Positions 56,891 to 64,000 of a stretch of 64,000 nt of DNA are shown piece by piece. The number at the start of each line of letters is the position of its first letter. Position 1 is the stretch's first letter. This DNA comes from Euryarchaeota archaeon UBA182 (GTDB lineage: Archaea > Thermoplasmatota > Poseidoniia > Poseidoniales > Thalassarchaeaceae): positions 14,258 to 78,257 of the forward strand of contig DAGH01000025.1 of NCBI GenBank assembly GCA_002495675.1. Direction: 5' to 3'. The notes under the pieces are model-generated. The model saw nothing but the letters and a program-made list of their open reading frames with translations, was not told where the DNA came from and did not search any database. Both the position numbers and the translations under genes were made by a program.

Positions 56891-58378
56891 TCAGGTAATT
56901 CTGATCGTCACAATGGCTATTGATGTTGATTTTTTGTCATCAGTGACTCTTAGTGTGAAGGAATGTGTCCCTTGTCTGAGCTTTACCCTGATAGACGATG
57001 ATGAGCCAATCACACGTTGCTTCTCGTCAATCCATTCCCAGGTCGTGATTTCGCCATCCGGATCGTAGGACCTTGACCCATCCAGCGATACAACCAGAGT
57101 GCCATCAGAGTCTGATTTCAGGGTCTTGTCTTCACCGGCGTCTGCAACAGGGGGGAGGTTGATTTTCTTCGCCGTGGATGACAGCTCCTCCAAAAGGTCA
57201 ACATCCTCCTCCTCGATAGCGCCGGGGGGGACCTCAATTGCCATTTGGCTCAGTAGTTCAGAAGTTTCCTCAGGGGTGTGCTCGAATCTAGAATCAGGCT
57301 CAGGCTCGTAAATGAAATTCTCCCTCTCATCGACTTCATAGTCTTCCGCAGGATCTTCAATTAAAGGCCCGTGAGGGTCCAATGCAAATATCGAGATGTG
57401 ATTATTTGAGGGGTTCTCGCACACCACGGCAATTCGACTATCGTCTAACCTAGAAATGGTTGAGGGCATGCCATCAAACTCAGCCTTCCACATGACCTCC
57501 CCCTGTCGGATCCCATAGACATGAAACCATGATCCTACCAGAGTAATATCATCCGATGTGTAAATCAGATTTATTTTCTGGTGATCGACCTCTATTTTCC
57601 TCAGACCGCCACCATCCTCGAGAAATGTAATCACCCCCATCTCGTCCCCGATGACAACCCCTCTTTCGTGGGCGGTTATGGAGGCAACTGGGTTGTCAAC
57701 CTCGTGTGTGTATATGTGCCCACGATCGCTACTCCAACACTCTATCCTATTCTCTGGCCTATCATCACTCATCTCGTCCAGAGACCTTCGATACGTGACC
57801 AATACTCCAGATGGCATGAATACGGATGGACCAGCAATTTCTGCTAGACCTTCGTCAGGCACGGATGAGTGGATGAGAGAACCATCCTTGATAATGTAGA
57901 GTCCTCCAAAAACGCCCATTGCTGCTAATTCATGACCATGATGGCATACATCTGAAATCTCCTCAATGCCCTCGATACGCTTGTATTTTCCTGATTTGTC
58001 AAACCACGTGACGGATCCCGCCTCATCCAGAGCCCAAGCACAGCCCCTACCGCTCAATATCTTCGAGATCGGGCTTCCGAGGTTCAAGACCTCCTCGAGG
58101 CCAGACTCGGATACGTGATTGATTCGACCATTCTGATCTCCGGTGAGAAACCCGATTCCGTCGTGGGTGAAGCAGCTAACCTCCCGATCCATGCTAATCT
58201 CCATAGTGACTTCGTCGCCGACTTGCAAGGTGCAAATTTCTCGGCCCTTGTCCAAAAAAGCAATTCCCGATAGAATCGCGTCAATGCACGTTATCGATTC
58301 CGAGGGGCCAAGAAGTCTCTCAATGGCATCGAGAGTCCTCACCACGGTCACGCCCAGAAGTAGGTGATTGATAATCAT
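56891..58378 (-). CDS. hypothetical beta-propeller protein with C-terminal PKD-like domain
   Basis: Repetitive beta-strand-rich body. C-terminal VADAGEDKTL...DGSRSYDPDGEITTWEWIDE matches the PKD-domain motif. No signal peptide recognised. Start uncertain (ORF to 58438 would overlap purF). Confidence 0.45.
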   Translation of the reverse strand: MIINHLLLGVTVVRTLDAIERLLGPSESITCIDAILSGIAFLDKGREICTLQVGDEVTMEISMDREVSCFTHDGIGFLTGDQNGRINHVSESGLEEVLNLGSPISKILSGRGCAWALDEAGSVTWFDKSGKYKRIEGIEEISDVCHHGHELAAMGVFGGLYIIKDGSLIHSSVPDEGLAEIAGPSVFMPSGVLVTYRRSLDEMSDDRPENRIECWSSDRGHIYTHEVDNPVASITAHERGVVIGDEMGVITFLEDGGGLRKIEVDHQKINLIYTSDDITLVGSWFHVYGIRQGEVMWKAEFDGMPSTISRLDDSRIAVVCENPSNNHISIFALDPHGPLIEDPAEDYEVDERENFIYEPEPDSRFEHTPEETSELLSQMAIEVPPGAIEEEDVDLLEELSSTAKKINLPPVADAGEDKTLKSDSDGTLVVSLDGSRSYDPDGEITTWEWIDEKQRVIGSSSSIRVKLRQGTHSFTLRVTDDKKSTSIAIVTIRIT

Positions 58379-58385
58379 TCGACAG

Positions 58386-59891
58386 TCATGGCGTTGCCTG
58401 CTGGGCTTCCTTCGCCCCATCCTTCCTCTTGGCTTCAAGCCTGTCGAGATAGGTGGCGTCTATCGCACCTGCAATGTAAATTCCATCGAAGCATGAGCAA
58501 TCGAACGTCACAGCATTGGTGGAGTCTCCTGTGCAGGCTGCAATTAGATCATCGAGTCTCTGATATACCATCCAATCCGCACCGATGGCCTCACAAATCT
58601 GGTCGACAGATCGACCATGGGCGATGTATTCCTCTCTCGCTGGCATGTCAATGCCATACACGTTTGGATGGATCACAGGAGGGGCACAGCTGGCGAAAAA
58701 GACGCTCTTCGCACCAGCCGACCTTGCCATTTCCACGATTCTCTTGGAGGTATTTCCCCTAACGATGCTGTCATCCACAATCAGGACGTTCTTGTTTTTG
58801 AATTCGCCCTCAATGGTGTTCAATTTCTTCCTCACGGAATCCTTCCTGACACTCTGGCCCGGCATGATGAATGTCCTGCCGATATATCGGTTCTTGACGA
58901 AACCCTCTCGGTATTGCACGCCCAGGGTTCTTGCCATCTCCAATGCTGCGATTCTCCCGCTATCTGGGACTGGGACCACGACGTCGATTTCGTGGGACGG
59001 CCTCTCCGCCAGTATTCTCTCCCCCAGCAACCTCCCCATCCTGAGCCTCGCACCATGGACGGAGATTCCGTCGATGGTTGAGTCTGGTCTGGAGAAGTAG
59101 ACATGTTCGAAGATGCAAGGGCGATGTTCTCCGTTTGGTGCGGTAACCTTTGAGCTGAAAGCTCCATTGGACCTGATTATGACGGTCTCGCCCGGCGCCA
59201 CATCCCGCTCCAACTTGAAATCCAGTACGTCTAGGGCCACACTCTCAGATGCGAAAATCCACTCAGTCTTGCCCTTGACTTCCCTTGAGCCCATGCACAA
59301 TGGCCTTATTCCATTCTTGTCCCTGATTGCAACTACGCCCCATCCAGTTATCATCGCGACAACGGAGAATGAGCCGACTGCACGTTGGTGCAACCTCTCA
59401 ACAGCCAAAAACACCGAATCCTCGTCCAATCCCCCATCCATACCACCTCGATCTGCTACCGCCCTCTGTAGTTCCGCCGCAAAGAGGTTCAAGAGTGCCT
59501 CAGAGTCGGAATCCGTGTTGATTCTCCTGTGATCCTTTCTTTGCAGATCCTCAATGAGTTCATCTGAGTTGGTTAGGTTCCCGTTGTGGGCTATGCTCAG
59601 TCCAAAGGGGGAATTGGTGTAGAAGGGTTGGGCCTCGGCAGCGGAGCTGCTACCGGCTGTGGGGTACCTGACGTGGCCGATACCCATAGATCCCTGTAGG
59701 AGTTCGATGTGCTTCAGCTGGAAGACGTCACGGACAAGGCCATTTGCTCTGCGATGGTAGACCCGCGATGGGGTGCTAGTAAGTATTCCCGCAGCGTCCT
59801 GACCGCGATGTTGCAGAACAAGCAAGCCATCATACAGAGTTGGGGAGATGGTAGACTCGGGCACCCCGACAATTCCTAGTATGCCGCACAT
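58386..59891 (-). CDS. purF: amidophosphoribosyltransferase
   Basis: MCGILGIVG N-terminal nucleophile, GQDAAGI, and PRTase motif VLIVDDSIVRGNTS. Start set at ATG 59891 (MCGI). Confidence 0.9.
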   Translation of the reverse strand: MCGILGIVGVPESTISPTLYDGLLVLQHRGQDAAGILTSTPSRVYHRRANGLVRDVFQLKHIELLQGSMGIGHVRYPTAGSSSAAEAQPFYTNSPFGLSIAHNGNLTNSDELIEDLQRKDHRRINTDSDSEALLNLFAAELQRAVADRGGMDGGLDEDSVFLAVERLHQRAVGSFSVVAMITGWGVVAIRDKNGIRPLCMGSREVKGKTEWIFASESVALDVLDFKLERDVAPGETVIIRSNGAFSSKVTAPNGEHRPCIFEHVYFSRPDSTIDGISVHGARLRMGRLLGERILAERPSHEIDVVVPVPDSGRIAALEMARTLGVQYREGFVKNRYIGRTFIMPGQSVRKDSVRKKLNTIEGEFKNKNVLIVDDSIVRGNTSKRIVEMARSAGAKSVFFASCAPPVIHPNVYGIDMPAREEYIAHGRSVDQICEAIGADWMVYQRLDDLIAACTGDSTNAVTFDCSCFDGIYIAGAIDATYLDRLEAKRKDGAKEAQQATP

Positions 59892-59946
59892 GGTGAACAC
59901 GCTGCTCTGGTGACGTCGGAACTTAGGCATTCCCCAAAGCGCAGAG

Positions 59947-60105
59947 TTAGTCAGTCATGCGCCGATTCTTCTTGGCCCATCTGTAGCCGCGCATCCTTGC
60001 TGTCTTCCCGAACCCACAGGAAGCGCAGACGGCTTTGGACTTGTGATAGGAGTGCCTGCCACAGCGTCTGCAACGGATGTGCGTTTGCTTCTGCCTCTTT
60101 CCCAT
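59947..60105 (-). CDS. rpl37e: 50S ribosomal protein L37e
   Basis: 52-aa [55 protein letters not shown] with the C4 zinc ribbon. Below the 60-aa ORF-track cutoff; found by reading the sequence. Confidence 0.8.
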   Translation of the reverse strand: MGKRQKQTHIRCRRCGRHSYHKSKAVCASCGFGKTARMRGYRWAKKNRRMTD

Positions 60106-60197
60106 GCTGGGTGTTCCCTTTGACATGCCAAGCCCTCCTCGATGCTCGCGCGACCTACCTCAATGTTATGAGGGTTATCACTGGACTCAATATCAAA

Positions 60198-60482
60198 TTA
60201 CGATGAACCCGGGACCCTGTTCATGGTTATCTTCAGCATCACAAATGAGGCAAGAAGGGAGCTCAACGATAGCATTGAGAAGGTGGCACTGATCGATCCT
60301 TGAACGATGTCATTAGAGAGCCGCGATGAGAGCCAAATGGACAACGCGGTGTTGAGTAGTGAGGTGAAAATTAGGATTTTTGAGGATGATCCCGATCTGT
60401 AAGTCGCAAACAGATGGATCGAGAATGCCAGTGCTATGATCGAATAACCAACGATGAAACCCGAGAGGGGGGCAGGGGTCAT
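60198..60482 (-). CDS. small hypothetical membrane protein
   Basis: 94 aa, three hydrophobic segments, no motifs. 4-nt overlap with the upstream membrane-protein gene. Confidence 0.35.
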   Translation of the reverse strand: MTPAPLSGFIVGYSIIALAFSIHLFATYRSGSSSKILIFTSLLNTALSIWLSSRLSNDIVQGSISATFSMLSLSSLLASFVMLKITMNRVPGSS

Positions 60483-61057
60483 TCTCCACCACCACCTAGG
60501 TGTTTTGCCAGAATAGACAGCATCGCATCCCTCTCATCATCATCCAAGCCCGGGGCAGGCGGGAGGGGGGGTTCAAAATTTTCAGACAGGGCTGTGAGAC
60601 CGATGATGGACAGAAGTCCGATCATAATTCCAACTATGACCGGCAGGGATTTGATCAGTGTGTCCACGGTCAGCAGCCCGCTTGGGTGGAATACAAGTGA
60701 TAGGATCACCGATGCCAGTATCATGATCCAGCCAACAGACAAACTGGGGATGGAATAATCCCCATAAGAGCCAGCCCCGTTTAGAGCCAAAGCGACACCG
60801 GAGACCAGTAATGCCAGCCAGATCGCCGTGTACCTCAGTACCGATGACAAGTCCGATGTACCACAGGAGTCGTAGAAACTACACAAGAAATCATCTGTAA
60901 TTTTGCTATCAAAATCCCATGAGAGGATGAGTATCAACCCAATGATGAAGGTTGATGGGGCGATCCTCCTTCTAAGGTATGCTGGCCCCATCCTGTTCCA
61001 AGAGAGGGATGCGACGCATATCGCGCCCCCGATAATGGCCGGCAATGGTGTGCTCAT
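60479..61057 (-). CDS. hypothetical integral membrane protein
   Basis: 192 aa with ~5 predicted TM helices and a C-terminal PLPPAPGLDDDERDAM...HLGGGGE tail. Confidence 0.4.
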   Translation of the reverse strand: MSTPLPAIIGGAICVASLSWNRMGPAYLRRRIAPSTFIIGLILILSWDFDSKITDDFLCSFYDSCGTSDLSSVLRYTAIWLALLVSGVALALNGAGSYGDYSIPSLSVGWIMILASVILSLVFHPSGLLTVDTLIKSLPVIVGIMIGLLSIIGLTALSENFEPPLPPAPGLDDDERDAMLSILAKHLGGGGE

Positions 61058-61176
61058 GTGGCACGGGATGAGTCGTACGGCTTGAATCAGCCGGGGATTT
61101 CGATTGGTTCCAGACAGCCTCCACTATCGCCACACTCAAATAGGGACCGTTGGTGGACGGCTCGCTGGTGATACAG

Positions 61177-61458
61177 ATGGTAAAGCGCCCGAGGAAAGTT
61201 ATGCGCTACAGTCCGTCTGCTGGAAAGCACACTGAGCACACAGTCGAGCGGGTCAAGAAGCGCCGCGCCAGCGAGTTGAAATGGGGCCAGAGGCGTTTCC
61301 GAAGAGTGACCGCTGGATACAGGGGTTTCCCACGGCCGAAGCCCTCCGGCGAGAAACCGACGAAGAGAGTGAATCTGCTCTACAGATGCACTGAGACAGG
61401 TAAGGCACATCAACCCGCAGCAAAGAGAGCGAAGAAGTTCGAACTCGTGGACAGGTGA
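61177..61458 (+). CDS. rpl44e: 50S ribosomal protein L44e (zinc-ligand cysteines largely lost)
   Basis: MVKRPRKVMRYSPSAGKHTEHTVERVKKRRASELKWGQRRFRR...KPTKRVNLLYRCTETGKAH aligns to L44e (MKMPRRFNTYCPHC...RCGECGKAH). Three of the four Cys are replaced (S, A, T). Confidence 0.75.
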   Translation: MVKRPRKVMRYSPSAGKHTEHTVERVKKRRASELKWGQRRFRRVTAGYRGFPRPKPSGEKPTKRVNLLYRCTETGKAHQPAAKRAKKFELVDR

Positions 61459-61464
61459 ACGTAG

Positions 61465-61638
61465 ATGTCAGGATCGGACTTTCTGAAGGTGAGCTGCAAG
61501 GACTGCGGGAACGAAACGATAATCTTCAGCAGAGCTTCGTCTGAAGTCTCCTGCTCCGTCTGCGGAAGTACGCTTGCTAAACCCAAGGGCGGGAAGGCAG
61601 ACCTGGTGGGGAGCACGATCGTCGAAGTCCTCGAGTGA
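61465..61638 (+). CDS. rps27e: 30S ribosomal protein S27e
   Basis: 57 aa MSGSDFLKVSCKDCGNETIIFSRASSEVSCSVCGSTLAKPKGGKADLVGSTIVEVLE with the C4 zinc ribbon. Not in the ORF track (<60 aa). Confidence 0.85.
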   Translation: MSGSDFLKVSCKDCGNETIIFSRASSEVSCSVCGSTLAKPKGGKADLVGSTIVEVLE

Positions 61639-61651
61639 AGGGGGGCGAATC

Positions 61652-62437
61652 TTGGCAAGAAAACAAACATGGCCAGAAGAAGGCGACCTGCTCGTCTGCA
61701 TCGTAAAGTCAGTCAGCGACAAGGGGGCCTACCTGGAGATAGATGGCCTGGATGGGGTCGAGGGCTTCGTCTTCATCGGCGAGGTCGCCGCAGGATGGGT
61801 CAAATCTGTAAGATCTCACCTCAGGGAGGGGCAGAGAGTCGTAGCCAAGGCCATTGGGGTCAAACAGGACCGAGGAAGGATTGACCTCTCCATCAAATCA
61901 GTCTCTGACGAAAGGCGTCGGGATGCTCTCCAGTTCTGGAAGAACGAGCAACGAGCTGGGCAGATCATGAAGGTGGCGGCCGAGAGGGTCAAATGGAGCG
62001 ATGACGAGCTTGATTCCAAGTCTGACGACCTCGTTGACGCCTTCGGCTCCTTGTATGGCGCCCTGGAAGAGGCTGCCGGCGACCCAGATTCCCTCTCCAA
62101 TGCCGGCTTCTCAGGTGATTGGACCACCACCATCGTGGAACTAGCCGTTGAGAACATCGTCCCCGAGTCGGTGAAACTCAAGGGCAGCTTCCACATAGAG
62201 ATCTGGTCCAGCGAGGGGGTTGCGGGGATCATGAAAGTCCTGGAGAAAGCCGAGGAAAGCGCCAGTTCAGCTGATGAAGTGACACTCACATGCCACTACG
62301 ACGGGGCCCCGAATTATCGAGTCGAGATCGAAGGCCCCGACTACAACTCTGCTGAATCAGCCTGGGAGGCTTGCGTCAAGGCGGCCGAGTCTGAGATGGC
62401 GGCCTTTGACGGGAAATTCGCTGCTGATAGGGTCTGA
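61652..62437 (+). CDS. eif2a: translation initiation factor 2 alpha subunit (aIF2-alpha)
   Basis: PEEGDLLVCIVKSVSDKGAYLEIDG...EGFVFIGEVAAGWVKSVRSHLREGQRVVAKAIGVKQDRGRIDLSIKSV is the S1-domain N-terminus of aIF2-alpha. Proposed TTG start at 61652, preceded by GGGGGG 7-12 nt upstream. The ATG at 61574 would overlap rps27e by 65 nt. Confidence 0.85.
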   Translation: MARKQTWPEEGDLLVCIVKSVSDKGAYLEIDGLDGVEGFVFIGEVAAGWVKSVRSHLREGQRVVAKAIGVKQDRGRIDLSIKSVSDERRRDALQFWKNEQRAGQIMKVAAERVKWSDDELDSKSDDLVDAFGSLYGALEEAAGDPDSLSNAGFSGDWTTTIVELAVENIVPESVKLKGSFHIEIWSSEGVAGIMKVLEKAEESASSADEVTLTCHYDGAPNYRVEIEGPDYNSAESAWEACVKAAESEMAAFDGKFAADRV

Positions 62438-62484
62438 TAACCGTATTACTTCAAGGACCAGTTGCATCGGTATTTGGCTCGCGC

Positions 62485-62700
62485 ATGCCAAGATCAAAGT
62501 TGCAGAGATGCCCTACATGTCACTCCTACGGCTTCAAGAGAGTGTGTGACTGTGGGGCTACCCGTGTATCTGTGGCGCCATTGAAGTACTCCCCGGAAGA
62601 TCCCCAAGGAGACAGGCGCAGAACGAGGGAGGGCTGGGGGACAGAGGAGTGGGTCGATGGACTTCCCAGCCCACGCAATGCAGGGGAGGAAGAGGAGTGA
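62485..62700 (+). CDS. nop10: H/ACA ribonucleoprotein subunit Nop10
   Basis: MPRSKLQRCPTCHSYGFKRVCDCGATRVSVAPLKYSPEDPQGDRRRTR is a Nop10 zinc ribbon plus the P.KYSP.D motif. Acidic C-terminal extension. Canonical archaeal position downstream of aIF2-alpha. Confidence 0.75.
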   Translation: MPRSKLQRCPTCHSYGFKRVCDCGATRVSVAPLKYSPEDPQGDRRRTREGWGTEEWVDGLPSPRNAGEEEE

Positions 62701-63446
62701 ACAGAACAAAGGTCCATTGGCTGAAGGAAATGCCCCTGCACACGGCAGTGTTGGAGGCAGTGCCGGGGATCGGCAATGTTGGGAAGCTGATCGTCGACGG
62801 CCTAGTCTCGACCCATCAATCTGAGTTAATTGCCATGTTCTTGCACCCAGATATGCCTCCTCATGCAACCCTAGGCTCAGATGGAATCCTAAGGCCATCC
62901 CATATCTCCATGCACTCCGTCGACCTGGGGGGCTCCAACATCCTGTGCATAGGTTCCAATGCCCAACCCATGACTGCCTCGGGGCAGTACGAGATGTCAG
63001 AAAAGATACTGGAAACGCTGAATGAACACAGTACGTCCCCACTCTATGTCCTTGCGGGACTGGCAATGCCCCCTGAGTCCAAGGACATTCACCTTGTGTG
63101 CTCAGACTTGAGGATCAAGGAGCAGTTGGGAGAAAGGGGGCTACGCGTGAAGTCTGATCAACCAGAAGCGGGAATGATAGGCTTGGCTGGGTTACTAATA
63201 TCAATGGCTCCTTTGTACGGTGTGGATGTTGTGGGATTTGTGGCTGAGACAGTGGGCGGTGCGACAGATGCTGCTGCAGCCGAGAGGCTCTCACGCTTCA
63301 TCGAGCAGGAGTTCGGTACAGCCGTTGCTTTGAGTCTGGACAGGACACAGAAGATTGCATCCGAACTGCTGGAGTCCGTTGGGATATCTGAATCTGCAAT
63401 CGCCGAGTTAATGGGGGAGTCCGGCCTGGGTGACCTCTACGTTTGA
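62697..63446 (+). CDS. proteasome assembly chaperone (PAC2) family protein
   Basis: LHTAVLEAVPGIGNVGKLIVDGL N-terminal motif of PAC2/DUF75-type proteins. Proposed GTG start at 62697 (GGAGG 8 nt upstream) overlapping the nop10 stop as GTGA. The ORF track starts earlier in-frame (62649). Confidence 0.6.
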   Translation: MNRTKVHWLKEMPLHTAVLEAVPGIGNVGKLIVDGLVSTHQSELIAMFLHPDMPPHATLGSDGILRPSHISMHSVDLGGSNILCIGSNAQPMTASGQYEMSEKILETLNEHSTSPLYVLAGLAMPPESKDIHLVCSDLRIKEQLGERGLRVKSDQPEAGMIGLAGLLISMAPLYGVDVVGFVAETVGGATDAAAAERLSRFIEQEFGTAVALSLDRTQKIASELLESVGISESAIAELMGESGLGDLYV

Positions 63447-63454
63447 GGGTTGAC

Positions 63455-64000
63455 ATGAGGGTCCTTCTTGGGAGTGGTGGAATTGGCACCAAGGAACGAA
63501 CCGCTAGGTTCAAAGGTCTACTGACCGAGCATTTTGAGGGTTGCAGCAGAATTCTATTCATCCCACTGGCTTCTGCGAATCACCAAGACAGGGTCATCAA
63601 GATGAGGGATCTGTTGGGTATGGACGAGTCCAATCTCGTGCTCATCGATCAAAGCCATGCGGAGGATCAGATACAGGACGTTGACGGGATCTACATGGGA
63701 GGAGGGAATTCATTCCTACTGATTCAAGAGCTTCACAGACTGGGTATCGTCAAGGCGATCAGGGAGTCTGTCAAGAACGGCATGCCGTACGTCGGCGTTA
63801 GCGCAGGTAGCAACGTGGCTTGTCCAACCATGATGACCACGAACGACATGCCGATCGTGCTCCCTGAAACCTTTGACTCACTAGGCATCGTTCCGTTCCA
63901 GATCAACCCACACTATTACCCCGGGAAAATTACATTCACCCACCAAGGCGATCAACACCCCCACTACGGCGAGTCCCGGGCACAGAGGATCTCGGAATAC
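63455..64000 (+). CDS. pepE: peptidase E-like (S51) alpha-aspartyl dipeptidase, 3' end beyond window
   Basis: From ATG 63455: [11 protein letters not shown]...[10 protein letters not shown]...[12 protein letters not shown]...[43 protein letters not shown]...GESRAQRI. Closely matches E. coli PepE motifs ([42 protein letters not shown]). Confidence 0.8.
   Translation, partial: [182 protein letters not shown]

Noticed and set aside
62494-63066. 190-aa minus-strand ORF
   Set aside because: Antisense to nop10 and the PAC2-family gene, which have conserved motifs and archaeal synteny support.
1-64000. Search for CRISPR arrays, IS elements, integrases or prophage genes
   Set aside because: No spaced direct repeats outside coding regions, no transposase/integrase-like ORFs and no tRNA-adjacent integration scars were seen. 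The tRNA genes are flanked by ordinary housekeeping genes.

Overview
This 64-kb window is from an archaeal chromosome. The evidence is gene content: DNA polymerase II small subunit DP1, archaeal-type PheRS alpha, Nob1, rpl37e/rpl44e/rps27e, aIF2-alpha, Nop10, a PAC2-family proteasome assembly chaperone, and a GG-terminal SAMP/MoaD. I infer a Marine Group II/Thermoplasmatota-like lineage from the secreted lipoproteins, SBBP/LVIVD/TSP3-like surface proteins and the many bacterial-like metabolic genes. The window is densely coding, with about 60 CDS, four tRNAs (Ala-UGC, Thr-UGU, Glu-UUC, Val-UAC) and no CRISPR or obvious mobile element. Blocks from start to end:
- A compact heme-precursor operon on the minus strand: hemA, a hemC-hemD fusion, hemB and hemL.
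- A divergent SAM-cycle pair: ahcY and a bacterial-type metK.
- Tandem LVIVD beta-propeller paralogs.
- A putative copper module: two SCO1/SenC lipoproteins and a YHYH-domain protein.
- pheS, folD and a sufS-sufE-DUF59 cluster.
- A surface-protein island: an S8 protease, an SBBP propeller and a giant Asp-rich repeat protein.
- A housekeeping run: DedA, Nob1, tatA, SAMP, a HAD hydrolase, PolD DP1 and a CinA-C protein.
- Lipid and acyl metabolism genes: a long-form HMG-CoA synthase, two acyl-CoA dehydrogenases and etfBA.
- A co-directional fabI - giant 2708-aa type I PKS - Sfp-type PPTase operon. The PKS domain order is PfaA-like KS, malonyl-AT, a second FabF-like KS, tandem ACPs, KR and DH.
- purF, ribosomal protein genes, aIF2-alpha, nop10, a PAC2 gene and a peptidase-E-like gene truncated at the window end.
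The PKS operon inside unambiguous archaeal gene context is the standout finding.
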